Part shown: positions 26,800 to 40,782 of the stretch, piece after piece
Layout of the letters: each line of letters begins with the position of its first letter
How positions within the stretch are numbered: position 1 is the first letter of the stretch
DNA from: Octopus vulgaris
Taxonomy: Eukaryota
Direction of reading: 5' to 3'
Assembly: GCA_951406725.2 (NCBI GenBank)
Contig: OX597837.1
Coordinates: forward strand, 620,001 to 684,000
DNA: 64,000 nucleotides
Program-made: the position numbers and the translations under genes
The notes under the pieces: model-generated
What the model was told of the DNA's origin: nothing
The model's input: the letters and a program-made list of their open reading frames with translations, nothing else
Databases searched by the model: none

Positions 26800-27689
26800 A
26801 GCGTTTGTGTGTGTCTATATGCATGTGTATACGCATAAATGTTTGTATGTATGATGCATATGTATATATGAACATATGCATAACTTTAGATAGACGAACA
26901 ATAAACAGACAAGTATCTATATGTGTGTGTGTGTACGTGTATGTGTGTTCATATATATATATATATATATTCAGTTAAATATATATACATACAAATATGC
27001 GTATATATACATACATATATATGAATGTTTCTGTATGTGTGTGTGCTTAAACATATACATATGTAATTACACACAAATATACATATATGTATGTGTATAT
27101 ATATATATATATATACACACATGTATGTATGTATCCACGCCCATACATATACACATCGACGCACATATACCCCATTCCTCCCTGGCTATTACATCTCCAT
27201 TAATTCATATGAAAATTATGTGCCATATTGGTTTGCAGCATCTTATAATAATGATATATTTTTTCTTAATTGAAATGTTCATACATGTCACTTCCTTCCT
27301 TCTCTCCTTTCTTGCTTTTGCCTTTCTTTATAGCAAGCTATCACTTTTTTACTTCTTCACCCCCACCCACACACACACACAAATTCTTTCCTCTCATTTT
27401 AGTGCCATTCTATTTGTAATATCTTTAACGTTTTTGGCATTCTTCATCTTTTTTCATTCTCACTCTAAGTCTCCTCCTCCCGCACTCACCCTTCTCACTC
27501 TCTCCCTCCCTCTCTCCCCCACTCTCTCTCTCTTCCTTCTACTTACCCCCTGCTTTTCTTTCCCCGTCTTCTCTCTCGTCAACACCTTTTTTCATTCTCT
27601 CTGTTTCGCCGTATATTTTTCCCGTTGCCCGTTTCACCCTCGTGCCAAAATCCATTTATATACAATTATATACACTGGATCCCCGTCAT

Positions 27690-27962
27690 TTACGACGGTT
27701 CCAGTTGATCCGATTAACATAACAGCCTGCTTGTAAAATCAACGTGTTGAGTACTCTACAGACATGCGCACACTGACAGAGTTCTCAGGGGGATTCACCG
27801 TGACATACTATGTATGAAAGCGTTGGGTACAACTCATGTTTGCCAGGTGGGTGAACTGGAGCAACTAGAAATAAAGTGTCTTGCTCAAGGTATGCCGCCG
27901 AGTATCGAACTCACGACCCTGTGATCGTAAGCCGAATACTCTAACCACTAAGCCACATACCT
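27690..27962 (-). mobile_element. tRNA-derived SINE
   Basis: GTGGCTTAGTGGTTAGAGT..GTGAGTTCGATACTC..CCTTGAGCAAGACACTTTATTTC on the minus strand; similar to 990-1130. Confidence 0.75.
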
Positions 27963-29098
27963 TCTCTGACATAATTAAACTCACACACACGTTCACAGTG
28001 GCGTTCACACGCTCACACATACACACACACGCGCACACACACATACACACACACACGCTCAAGCATACATACACACATGTGCACACACATACACACATGT
28101 ACACACATACATACATACGCTCACACACATACACACATACGCTCACACACATACACACATACGCTCACACGCTCACATACATACGCTCACACACATACGC
28201 ACACATACGCTCACACACACACACACACACACACACATACGCTTACACATTCGTTCACACACACGCTCATACACATACGCACTCACACACATATATTTTA
28301 TGAATTCGTATCGTAGACTGTAGCCATGAACTTCCCGAAGGTTTGTATCTGGTCGGAGATTGACAGGAAGGTATCTTCGTATCGTAGATCTGGTTCGAAT
28401 GTTTGCAAGGGCGCCGTGTCCACTAAAAGTACCCTGGTTGCCATCGGGTGTGGATATTAAAGTTAGGAATAGATGAAGACTGCCTGTCAAGTAATGCGGC
28501 AGCTGGGTTTGAACTCAGGTCGCAAACATCTAGAATAAATCCTGCCCAACATTCTTACTATACATCCACTATACTATATATTGGAAATCTATCCGGAAGG
28601 ACGGAGATTTAAGTTGACCTAGCTGAAATTTGAACTAAAACGCGAGGAGTCCCCCCAAATATTTTCCAGGTATTATATCCGGGGTCTAATAACACTTTCA
28701 AGATACCTGTATGCGTGTGAGTGTGTTTGTGTGCATTTGTGCGTGTGTATATGTATGTGTGTGTGTTGAAGGGGAGGAAGAGGAGAACGTGAGGGAGAGA
28801 AAGAAAACAATCTCTTTCTCGTTCTTTGACACCAGACACCAGTCGACCATCTCTTATTTCTTCTGGTCGCCCCCTTTGTTAATCGTCCGAGGAATTGATC
28901 TGAGAGTGAGAGTCGGACGAAATGTAGATACGAGTAAGTGGAAGCGGAGACTGTGAGAAGAGAGAGTGAGACAGAGTAAAAAAGAGAAAGATGAGTGAGA
29001 GGGTAGGAGAGGGAGAGGTAGAGAGAAGATAAGAGAAAGGGGTAGACAATGAGAGAAAGAGTGAGAGAAGGATGAGTAGAGGGGAGGGAGGGAGGGAG

Positions 29099-29136
29099 TA
29101 TATATGCATGCATATGTATATATATATATATGTATA

Positions 29137-29175
<39 letters not shown>

Positions 29176-29314
29176 ATATATATATATATATATATGTATA
29201 TATGCATGCATATGTATATATATGTATATATGCATGCATATGTATATATATGTATATATGCATGCATATGTATATATATGTATATATGCATACATATGTA
29301 TATATATGTGTATA

Positions 29315-29356
<42 letters not shown>

Positions 29357-29625
29357 TGCATATGTATATATATGTATATATGCATGCATATGTATATATA
29401 TGTATATATGCATGCATATGTATATATATGTATATATGCATGCATATGTATATATATGCATGCATATGTATATATATGTATATATGCATGCATATGTATA
29501 TATATGCATGCATGTGTATATATATGTATATATGCATGCATATGTATATATATGCATGCATGTGTATATATATGTATATATGCATATGTATATATATATA
29601 TATATATGTATATATGCATGCATAT

Positions 29626-29659
<34 letters not shown>

Positions 29660-29665
29660 GCATGC

Positions 29666-29705
<40 letters not shown>

Positions 29706-29760
29706 GCATGCATATGTATGTATATATATGCATATATGCATGCATATGTATGTATATTTA
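29099..29760. repeat. Compound TA/TGCATGCA satellite
   Basis: Recurring TATATGCATGCATATGTATATA units. Confidence 0.9.
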
Positions 29761-30129
29761 TGTACATATATACAGTGTGTATATATGTACAGGTGCACAT
29801 GTATACAGGGTGTATATACCCTCTACATATGTGTCTACCTATCTATGTATCTATATAATGTTAGGTGGGATGTGAAGTTTGGGTAATTCCAGAGAAGCAC
29901 TCGAGCCGAATACTGGCCTCTCAGCACCGTCGGGAAACAGGCCAAAGCCGGAATTCTTCAGGTGTAGAAAATATCAGTGGCGTTGCAAATAGAGATCGTA
30001 CGGAAATATCCCATTGCCTTCTTCTTCCCACCGGATATATATATATACATATATATATGTGACGAACGTAGCAGCCTGCTTGTGAAATTAACGTGTACAC
30101 AGACACGTGTATCTTTAACGTAGTTGTAC

Positions 30130-30705
30130 TTTAGGTAGTTTCATCTGCGACTCTCGTCAGGAAGAGTGCCAGTTTTGATTTGAAAACACCTACATCCACT
30201 TTGTGTAGTTCCCGCAGGCTATTTGGGAAAATATTAAAAAATCATAGCTGTTTCAACTTTTCCCAGTAGGTGAGGTGTTGCAATGAGACAATCTTCTTTG
30301 TGAAGCTTCGCTGGATTGCTTCAAGGCCTGCTGTTAATTTTATACTGTTAGTTGACCATATCTGGAAACAGTAATCAAGGCGGCTGAGGATGAATATCCT
30401 CCAGAGGACCATCGTGGTTTCTTTTTCTCTGATTCCGAAAGGCTCTCAGGATCCAGCCAGCCAGTTGTCTGCATTTTGTGACCAACCTGGTAATGTGCAT
30501 TTGGAAAGATGTATAATCAAAATCACTCATGTCGATACCCAGGTCCCTCACTGATTTAGGCTTTGGGATTTTAATCCCCTGTGGACCAGTGGACCCTGGA
30601 AGTTTATATTCAGGTTTGGTCGCTGGCAGCACAGAGCTTGGAATTTTTCAGCATTAAACGGTATCTTATTGTCTTCAGTCCAAATCTAAATTGAGTCCAA
30701 CTCAA
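30130..30705 (-). mobile_element. CR1/L2-group LINE fragment (post-RT)
   Basis: FNAEKFQALC, VRDLGIDMS, HITRLVTKCRQLAGWILRAF, and a 3' PNSLRELHKVDVGVFKSKL-like motif. Confidence 0.75.
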
Positions 30706-30847
30706 TACATTATGCATATAGTTATATATACTTCAATTCATGTATATATAAACATATATACGTGTATTTAAGTACATCTTCCTATATGTCTGTGTATAAA
30801 TATGTGTAATAATTATACATACATATGTGTACTAATTATATTCACTT

Positions 30848-31260
30848 AGGCGTAGGCATAGCAGTGTGGTAAGAAGCTTGCTTCCCAACTACGTGGTTCT
30901 GGATTCAGTCCCACTGCATAGCATCTTGGGCACGTGCCTTCTACTATAACCTCGGGCCAACCAAAGCCTTGTGAGTGGATTTGGTGGACGGAAACTGAAA
31001 GAAGCGTACGTGTGTGTGTGTGTGTGTGTGTGTGTATGTTTGGAGGGTGTCTGAGTTTGTCGCCCTACCATTGCTTGACAACAAATGTTTGTATGTTTAC
31101 GTCCCTGAAACTAAGCGGTTCGGCAAAGTTGATGGATAGAATAAGTACTAGGCTTGCAAAAAATATGTGCTGGGGACGATTTCTTCGACTAAAGGCGGTG
31201 CTACAGCATGGCTGATGTCAGATAACTGAAACAAATTATGGAATTATAGAATAAAAGAAT
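30848..31260 (+). mobile_element. SINE family A, full length
   Basis: GGCGTAGGC..GTGTGGTAAGAAGCTTGC..GGATTCAGTCCC head through GGCGGTGCTACAGCATGGC..GAAACAA tail. Confidence 0.88.
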
Positions 31261-31459
31261 ACATATATCGTACACATACGCGCTCATTATGATGTCCTTT
31301 CTCTTTTCCCTCACTTTATATTACGTGTATCTGAAAGGCTAGAAAATCTTTGCTCGGATGCGTTCGCGCGGACACGGCCCCAGTCGATACAAGCAAACAC
31401 ATCCAACAGTGTTCGATAAACTTTGCAATGAAATGAAGCCAATAAATCAATACTACATA

Positions 31460-31463
31460 CGTG

Positions 31464-31495
<32 letters not shown>

Positions 31496-31498
31496 CAA

Positions 31499-31531
<33 letters not shown>

Positions 31532-31590
31532 CATGCATACACACATATATATATACACATACATGCATACACACATATATATATATATAT

Positions 31591-31647
<57 letters not shown>

Positions 31648-32386
31648 CATATATACACACATATATACATATGCATACATACACACATATATACATACAC
31701 ACACGCACACACAAACACACACACATATATATATATACATACATACGCACACACATATATATATACATACATACACACTCACATATATATACATACATAT
31801 ACACACATATACACACACATATATATACATACACACACACATATATGTATACATACATGCACACATTATTAACATATGCATACATACACCCATATATATA
31901 CATACACACGCACACACGCACATATATGTATATATATATATATATATACATACACCCCCATATATATACATACATACCCACACATATATACATACACACA
32001 CACATATATATATACACACACGCACACAAACATATATACATACACACACATATATATATATGTGTATATATATGTGTGTGTATGTATATATGTTTGTGTG
32101 CGTGTGTGTATACATATATGTGTGTGTGTATGTATATATATGTGTGTATATGTGTGTATATGTATGTATATATATGTGTGTGTGTGTATATGTATGTATA
32201 TATGTGTGTGTGTGTATGTATATATATGTGTGTGTGTATGTATGTATATATATGTGTGTGTATGTATGTATATATATGTGTGTGTGTGTATGTATGTATA
32301 TATATATATGTGTGTGTTTGTATATATATATATGTGTGTGTGTATGTATGTATATATATATATATATGTGTGTGTGTGTATGTATG

Positions 32387-32435
<49 letters not shown>

Positions 32436-32535
32436 ATATATATATATATATGTGTGTATGTGTGTATGTATATATATATATATGTGTGTGTATGCATGTA
32501 TGTATATATATGCATGTATGCACATATACATATAT
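31460..32535. repeat. Low-complexity tract, (CA/TA)-rich then (TG/TA)-rich
   Basis: Strand composition flips near 32050. Confidence 0.85.
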
Positions 32536-32739
32536 ATTAACAACAATAAAATATCTATTTTTGATATTATTATTATTAAAAAGTATTATTATTGTTATTA
32601 TTATTGTTAATGTTATTATTTCACTCGATCCGAGTCAATACAGATGGGATAAGTATTATTTATTTTTCAGTTTCTTTTCTACTTCCTCATATATAGATAT
32701 ATATCCACTTGTTGCTGTTTTCAATTTATCACTATTATC

Positions 32740-32799
<60 letters not shown>

Positions 32800-32966
32800 T
32801 TCGTTTCGAATGAATTAGTTTCGTAAACGGAAAAAGAAGGCGGAGAAGGAGGAGGAGGAGAAGACGATTAAGCAAATATAACCATCACTTAAATTGACGA
32901 TGATGATGGAGATTGCGCTGATGTTGACGGTGAGGAAGTGGAAGGGATAAAACTAATATAATTAGC

Positions 32967-33006
<40 letters not shown>

Positions 33007-33725
33007 TGGATGAAATAAAAATGCAAATAATCCTGTTAATGATTACAATATAAATAATAACTATAGATATTTGTGGTAAATGTGCGACGACGAATGAAAG
33101 ACATTGCAAAGACGAAGCACAAAATAGTAATAATAATAATAATAATAATGATAATAATAACGATAATAATGATGATGATAATAATAACGATAATAATGAT
33201 GATGATAATGTTATCAGTAATAGCAACTAGACTAATAGTACTATCAATAATAAACTACTACTACTACTACTATGTATATAATAAAATAAGTAACAAATAT
33301 GACATTAATAAGAATAATTAATTTAGTAATTACAGCAATAAATTTCTTTTCTTTGCCTGTTGTCTATAATTTTTTGTTTGTTTATTTCGCATTTTGTTTA
33401 TTTATTTATTTATTTGAAATGATAAAATTATGGGAGAGAAACAACCCGTGGAAAATTGACGAGCTCTGAGTAAAAAAATGCGTTTGACTGGCAAGAATAC
33501 AATTACGAGTCTCGGGAGGGAGAGGGAGAGGAGAATGAGTAAGAAGGGGGAGTAATAAGAAAAGACAGAAAAGGGAGAGAGGGAGAAAGAAAGCGAGAGA
33601 GATGTTGGTAAATGAAGTATGTAAATTAAATAAAGATTTGTTAAAATATAAGGGAAATAAATAGAAAGATAAATACGAAGCAAATAACAAGAGGCAAAAG
33701 AGCAGAGAACTCAATAGAGACGCTA

Positions 33726-33764
<39 letters not shown>

Positions 33765-33917
33765 GCAGTAATGATGATAATCCGCAAAAATAATGGATTG
33801 CATCCTGAGATTATTTCAACAATTACAACTACAGCAACAACAAGAATAATATTGCTGCTGCTGCTGCTACTACTACTACTACTACTACTACTAATAATAA
33901 TAATAATGAAAATAAAA

Positions 33918-34110
33918 CTTTTTCTCTTATAGGCACAAAACCTGAAATGTTGGGGGAGGGGCGAGTGGATTAGATCGACGTATTTTATCGACCCCCAAAC
34001 AAAGGCAAAGCAATGTCAGTCTCGTCGGAATTTTAATCAGTACGTAAAGACAGACGAATTGCTCCTAAGCATTTTGTCCGGCATCTTATCCGTCCTACCA
34101 GCTTGTCTCT
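33918..34110 (-). mobile_element. SINE family B, degenerate
   Basis: TTTATCGACCCC..AAAGGCAAAG..CTCGTCGGAATTT..CTAAGCATTTTGTCCGGC. Confidence 0.65.
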
Positions 34111-34419
34111 TGGGTCTATTTTATAATGGGGGAAAGCTGTTGATTAATTAGTTGGAATTGTGGAATTTAGCTTTTCTAAGTTAGAAAGCAATTACTAAAG
34201 TCTAGAAATTTTTTATAAATTCCACTTTTAATATATTTTTATCAAAATACGATTTGGAAGTTTCTTTTGTTATTGAATATTTTATGCACATGCTCTAATC
34301 ACAATTCATATTCAATGTAACATTTCATTTCATTGTATATATATATATATAATTTGGTTGACGACACATTAAACTTACAATCTGTCAAAAGTAGCGTTGC
34401 AAATATTTGGGCAATCTTT

Positions 34420-34780
34420 ATTGTTGTTGTTGACATCTTTCCGTCTCGGGAGATAATGGAGTTGCGCATCTGGAGGGGCAAGTCGAAGTTTCCTCTCCAG
34501 TTTTGCGCAGGCCTGGGCTAGATGTAAGAAAATCCTGGGTAGCCCAATCGTCAGGATTCCTCTCTCGACCTCTCAGACGTAGTCCAAATGAGTGTAGAGC
34601 ATTATGTTTGGTACCAGCTTGGTTGCAGGAGCTGTCGGAAGAGTGTCGAGTCGAACACTAAACCACCTACAGGGCTCCACTCCGGATTTCTTTGAAGGTT
34701 GTCTTCTTTCCGTAACCCTGGGTACTGTTAGCCGGCGCCAGCTGAGCCCGGGATTCGTGTCAGGCAGGGTCGTCACTCTC
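34420..34780 (-). mobile_element. Short bipartite RTE-derived non-autonomous element
   Basis: Minus strand has RTE-like 5'-UTR motifs (CCGGAGTGGAGCCC, CTTCCGACAGCTCCTGCAACCAAGCTGGTACCAAAC) and an RTE-like tail CCATTATCTCCCGAGACGGAAAGATGTC(AAC)n. Confidence 0.6.
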
Positions 34781-35619
34781 TGAAATAGTGATGATATATA
34801 TATATATTATATAAAATCCGTTCTGTCTGTGTGTGTGTGTCTTCTAGGATCTCGGGCATCCTCCGTCCGATTGCGCTCAAATTTGATATGTAGATAGCGA
34901 CGTTATCAGGGCATGTCTTGAACAAATTACAAAAATCGATTCCAGGTGAGAATGCGATCACATTCATCCGCTCTTGAAACGCCCGTACCACGCGAAACAT
35001 TGCTTCATCGCCGTAAACTTGCCGAAGCAGATTTTCTCAAGTTTAACGCAAAATTTCACGTTGGCACTTTGTTCCAGTCCATAACAAAATTGCAGACAAC
35101 AGTAGACACCCGTGACCACAAAAACACAAATTTCACAACTTGTGAAGTAAACACAGTGATGTCACTTGGCACATTGCTTCATACAGGTCACGTACCTCAA
35201 TGACTTACTTGCTCACTACATCCAACAAGACCCACTTTTATGCAAAATATATGACACTTCATTCTTCCCCAACTTTCTCCAACTGTGTAATATCCACCCA
35301 CAGCCCACTCTCCACACTCCAAAACACACACTGACTCCATGAATACAGAACTGGAACGGATCCTCCAATGAAAATATATCAACTTTGTTTTCTTTAAAAG
35401 CAAGGAAACACAAACACTACTTATAGAAAAAATACATCATTAAACTCCGTCCTCTTTGACCATGAGTCGCACGCAACCAAAAGCCCTTAAATTTGAGCTA
35501 ATAGAAGTCCATCTCTAAGGACTACCTATTGCAAGAGTACATCCTTATTCTAGCTAGGATCACAACCACAGATATGGAGCCGCTTCAGGCCCTTACAGTT
35601 ATTAATACTCTACAAAACT

Positions 35620-35815
35620 AAGGCAGCGAGCCAGCAGAATCTTTAGTACGCCGGGCAAAATGTTTAGCGGCATTTCGTCTCTTTTTTACGTTCTGAATTC
35701 AAATTTCGCCGGGATCGACTTTGCCTTTCATCCTATCGAGGTCGATAAAATAAGGACCAGTTGATCGCTGGGGTCGATGGAAATGAAATACTCCCTTCCC
35801 CGAAATTGCTGGCTT
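35620..35815 (+). mobile_element. SINE family B
   Basis: GGCAGCGAGCCAGCAGAATC..GAATTCAAATT..GCCTTTCATCCTATCGAGGTCGATAAAATAAG. Confidence 0.8.
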
Positions 35816-35829
35816 TTAAACTAATCTAT

Positions 35830-36783
35830 AAAAGCCAGGTAATGCCTACGATCGAATGTTGCTCTCTTACGAGTGACGGTACTGCTGCTGTTGTCGTACA
35901 CTCAGACATCCGAGATCAAATCTAGAAAAGAGCTACATGTCTACCTGACTTGCAGACACCCACAGACATTCCTCTGCTTATCATCACAAGGGACAAAGAT
36001 AAGAGGTAAGAGAAATGACAAAGGCTTGGTGTACACAAACTGTTATAAGTAACTGGGTTGATTTAACTATGCTACTTGTTTTACGTGGATTTCAAAGAGG
36101 TCTTTTAGTCTGGGATTCGGGCAGTACTCAACGCGCAAAAGATATGGAAACCTTTCTTTCTGAAAGAAGAATTTATCACATAATGACTCCTGTGGGATTA
36201 GCTTCATATCCACAAACATTAGATCTTGTAATAAACAAGCTCTTCATGGATTACTGGCGGATGGAAGTAAATGAGTATATCGAATATAGAAGGGAGAGAA
36301 ATTAGCGTGGAAACTTTGTCAAACCTGACTTCCAAGAAGTTGTAAATAGGGTGAAGAATTCATGGAATAAAATTACCAAAAGTTGCCACTGAATTACGAG
36401 CAGCGTTCTTGGACAAAAAGTGCTCATTTAAGGAAAGTTATATTGCCAAACATGAGTGATTGGGATCTATGATTCTACAGGAAATGGATTTGCAAGAAAT
36501 TCAGTGAGAAGTTCGGGGTTTGATGATTTATAACGATGTTCCAGAAGAGGACGAAATGCTTGAATTTGACTAAAAACAATAAACAAACAAATAAACTTTT
36601 GATAACTAAAAACATAGGCTTCCTTTCAACAATTTTTTTTCCTTTTGCACGAGGAAATGAGACTTTTTTGTTATTCTTGGATTTTTTCCGAAAAAATATA
36701 AGACATCCCCCGAAAATAAGCCCTAGTGCGTTTGTTGGATTCAAAATTAATATAAGACTGGGTCCTACATTCGGGGAAACACG
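35830..36783 (+). mobile_element. pogo/Tigger-type DDE transposon 3' remnant
   Basis: GLLVWDSGSTQ..TPVGLASYPQTLDLVINKLF (DDE_1-like); terminal TAAGAC..CCCCGAAAATAAGCCCTAG..TTCGGGGAAACACG. Confidence 0.8.
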
Positions 36784-36794
36784 ATATATATATA

Positions 36795-36826
<32 letters not shown>

Positions 36827-36889
36827 AGTAGATAGATAGATATGCATATATATATATTGGAAGGTTTGTAGATGATGTACAGGTATTTT

Positions 36890-38492
36890 ATATTAGAAGA
36901 AATGAGGTACTCAGAAATTCGGATGGTTTTATATTTACAGATATTTATTTGTATATTAAATGTTTTTATACATCATATAACTTAGATCATGTATTAGCGC
37001 TTTCTCCACTTCTAGTGGGGTTTTCAAATCGAACTAAGTTCTTGTGAAAAACACAAGAAAGGCTCTTTTTCAAGAGGAAGAAGAAATAATTGTATTGATA
37101 TTTATACCAATATATATATATATATATATAGTGGTATAAATATCAACACAATTATTTCTTCTTCCTCTTTTTTTTTCTTCTTTATTCCCTTCTCCAACGA
37201 CACCCCTTCCAGACTCACAGGCACACACACACACCTCCACAAAACAATAATAAAAAGAATTCCGGACAAGTCTTCGTTGAAATGGCCAATTTCTAAAAAC
37301 CAAAAACCATTTACAGTTGCAAATAAATAAAAACAAAAGTGACACTGATTACTCTTAACAACTTGACCATTCCTCCTTAAACACACACACGCACAAACTC
37401 TCTCACAAGACAATGATGAAAAGGAAATATAATTTATGGTCTACTTTTCCTCCCCTTCCTTTCTTTGCTTCTTCTTTTCTAACACTCCCTCCAGATACAA
37501 AAACACACACACACGCACACACACGCACACACACACACATGCTCTCTCTCACTTTCTCCCCATTGATCACCCAATTGCACTGTCTTATATCCTTTCCCGC
37601 CACTACACACTCAATAACACTATAAAATGGTCAAAACTTAAATTCTTTTCCCCAAGATCTTAGACCCCGCTTGGAGTAAACATCCTGACCATCTACAAAA
37701 GGAACCAGCAAAACAATGTTTTCTTCTTCCCTCTCTCCCTTTTCTCCCTTCCCCTCTTTTTCTTTAACACTCCTTCCAAATACAAAAACACACACACACG
37801 CACACAAACACATGCTCTCCTCTCTCTCTCACACACTTTCTCCCCATTCATCACCCTCTTGTACTATCTTATATCCCTCCCCACCACTCAATAACACTAT
37901 AAAATGGTCAAAACTTTTTCACAAGAACTTAGTTCGATTTGAAAACCCCACTAGAATGGGAGAAAGCGCTAATATATGATATAAGTTATATGATGTATAA
38001 AAACATGTAATATACAAATAACTCTTTTACTCTTTTACTCTTTTACTTGTTTCAGTCATTTGACTGCGGCCATGCTGGAGCACCGCCTTTAGTCGAGCAA
38101 ATCGACCCCGGGACTTATTCTTTGTAAGCCCAATACTTATTCTATCGGTCTCTTTTGCCGAACCGCTAAGTGACGGGGACGTAAACACACCAGCATCGGT
38201 TGTCAAGCAATGCTAGGGGGACAAACACAGACTCACAAACAAGTACACACACACACACACAAAAATATATATACATATATTCGACGGGCTTCTTTCAGTT
38301 TCCGTCTACCAAATCCACTCACAAGGCATTGGTCGGCCCGGGGCTATAGCAGAAGACACTTGCCCAAGATGCCACGCAGTGGGATTGAACCCGGAACCAT
38401 GTGGTTGGTAAGCAAGCTACTTACCACACAGCCACTCCTGCGCCTCTGTAAATATAGAACCATCCGAATTTCTGAGTACCTCATTTCTTCTA

Positions 38493-38495
<3 letters not shown>
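36890..38495. repeat. Nested inverted-repeat structure with internal tandem subrepeats
   Basis: 36890-37050 is the reverse complement of 37916-38021 plus 38444-38495. Inner IR at 37072-37109/37132-37169. Direct repeat ~37440-37638/~37720-37915. Confidence 0.85.
38022..38443 (-). mobile_element. SINE family A, young full-length copy inserted in an IR arm
   Basis: GCGCAGGAGTGGCTGTGTGGTAAGTAGC head to (GTAAAAGA)n tail; interrupts the right IR arm. Confidence 0.92.
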
Positions 38496-38524
<29 letters not shown>

Positions 38525-39291
38525 TAGTAGTGATTTAGCTGACGGACTTTGGCTAATGAGAAATCAGGCACCTATTTGGCACTAAATTTCGAAACCGGTA
38601 CCAGGTTGACCTGCATTTACTTGTTCTCACGCATTCGAGGTAAGACATTATTATTGTTCACTGATATTTTTTCCTATCTTATCTGTAATAGATTTATGAC
38701 TATTCGGTGGTACAGAAGTATTTTTTTACTTTTATCATTAGCGATATAGGTACTCATGTAGTACCCTTGTGTATATATGTGCATATCTAATATTGTATGT
38801 ATATATTTTATTAATTTGCCTGTACGGCTGAGAATTCGCTTACCACTTGTGGTGGTATTTTAATAATAACATCCCTATATTTATTTATATATATAAAGAT
38901 AGATAGATACCTACATGTATGTATAAATATGCTGATACTTATGAATTTTATACTGTTACTCAGAACTATGTCCATATATTTACCAATGTATATCATATAT
39001 AATATTGTAACGTACCATAACATACAAGATATATGAATACGCGCATGTGCACACTTACAAGCAGACGTTTGCAGATGTGAGATTGTGGCTGAGTGTTTGA
39101 TTGAATGTTTGTTTGTTTGTTTGTGTGTGTGTGTGTGTATGTATGTAAGGAAAAAATCACTTACTGTAACACACACTGAAGTATATATTTTTACAAGATT
39201 CTATTTCGTTACATTTGACTTGCTACATTTGTAAGATCTCAACGAATACATACGTATACAGACATATATGCATACACACACACACACACAT

Positions 39292-39351
<60 letters not shown>

Positions 39352-40628
39352 ATGGGTATATATATGTATGGATACATATGTGTGTGTATATATATATATT
39401 ATATATATATGTGTGCATACCTAAGTATATATACATACATATTTATATATGTGTCTATTTATCTATCCATCCATCAATCCACACGCACATACATAGCTGT
39501 ACATTGATGTTCAATAAACAACAGCAAAGGCGAGTATCTACAAAAACAATAGTACGAACAATGGAGAAAAAAAACAATACTAAATTTATTTGTATGTTTA
39601 CTCTTAATACTAATTAGATTAAGATATTAAGATCGTGAGCCTTAATTAGGAATGAATTCGAATTTGTATTGGTTCTAAACGAGCTGAAATATCTATAATG
39701 AATTATATATGCATATACATGCGTATATACATAAATATAATTATTTACACACGCACATATAGATGTGTATATATGTACTTTGTATATATATTGTGCACAT
39801 GTACTAACAACTATAATAAGTATATTCGTCTATGTATATATGTGTGTATATTGGTGTGTGTGTTTATCTATGCGTATGTGTCTATGTATTTACGCGTATG
39901 AGCACATTATACAGTATATATTAAAAAGAAATAATTTCACATATACACATATGCAACAATATGTAAATGTGAATACGCATGTGTGTCTGTCTGTCTGTCT
40001 ATATCTACACTTACAACTCTACACGTGCTACAAACACATATACTAATAACCATACTAATGTATAAGTGTGTGTGTGTATATATATATATAGACATATATA
40101 TACATACATATATATGTAGACATGTATATATAAATATAGGCTGTCTTACTACAAATAGTTATACTAATATCTACGATAACGCATGAGTATATATGTGTGT
40201 GTGTATATATATACCTATGTATGTATGTATAAAAACCTTGTCTCCCAGGTTAATTCTCCATCTCGTTGCTACTTCTAACTCGCTGCTGCTGCTGCTCCTA
40301 TTGATTACGATAGATTCGTTCTTGTTCAGTTAGTTTCTTAAAGCATTCACTTGTGAGATAATTGAATCTGAACACACACACAGAGAAAGATTCACATATA
40401 CTTCTATGCAGATACTGACACACTCACGCGTACATCGATCTATATTATGAACAGGCATACATATTTCGGAAGAAAGGAAGAGCAGTATACAGATACACAA
40501 TATACACACGTATATACATCAACACAAACGCACACAATGAAACGTATATCCCATGGCGGACTCATATACATAAAAATTTACATACAGAAGCTAAGATCTA
40601 TATATACATGTATACGTGTGTGTGTGAG

Positions 40629-40660
<32 letters not shown>

Positions 40661-40687
40661 TGTATGTATGTATGTATGTATGTATAA

Positions 40688-40719
<32 letters not shown>

Positions 40720-40748
40720 CTGTATATGTGTGAAATATATATATATGC

Positions 40749-40782
<34 letters not shown>

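Noticed and set aside
29099-29760. Regular TGCATGCA units as a CRISPR-like array or Rbfox-site cluster
   Set aside because: Spacers are only TA runs, consistent with slippage satellite; eukaryotic context and no nearby exon identified.
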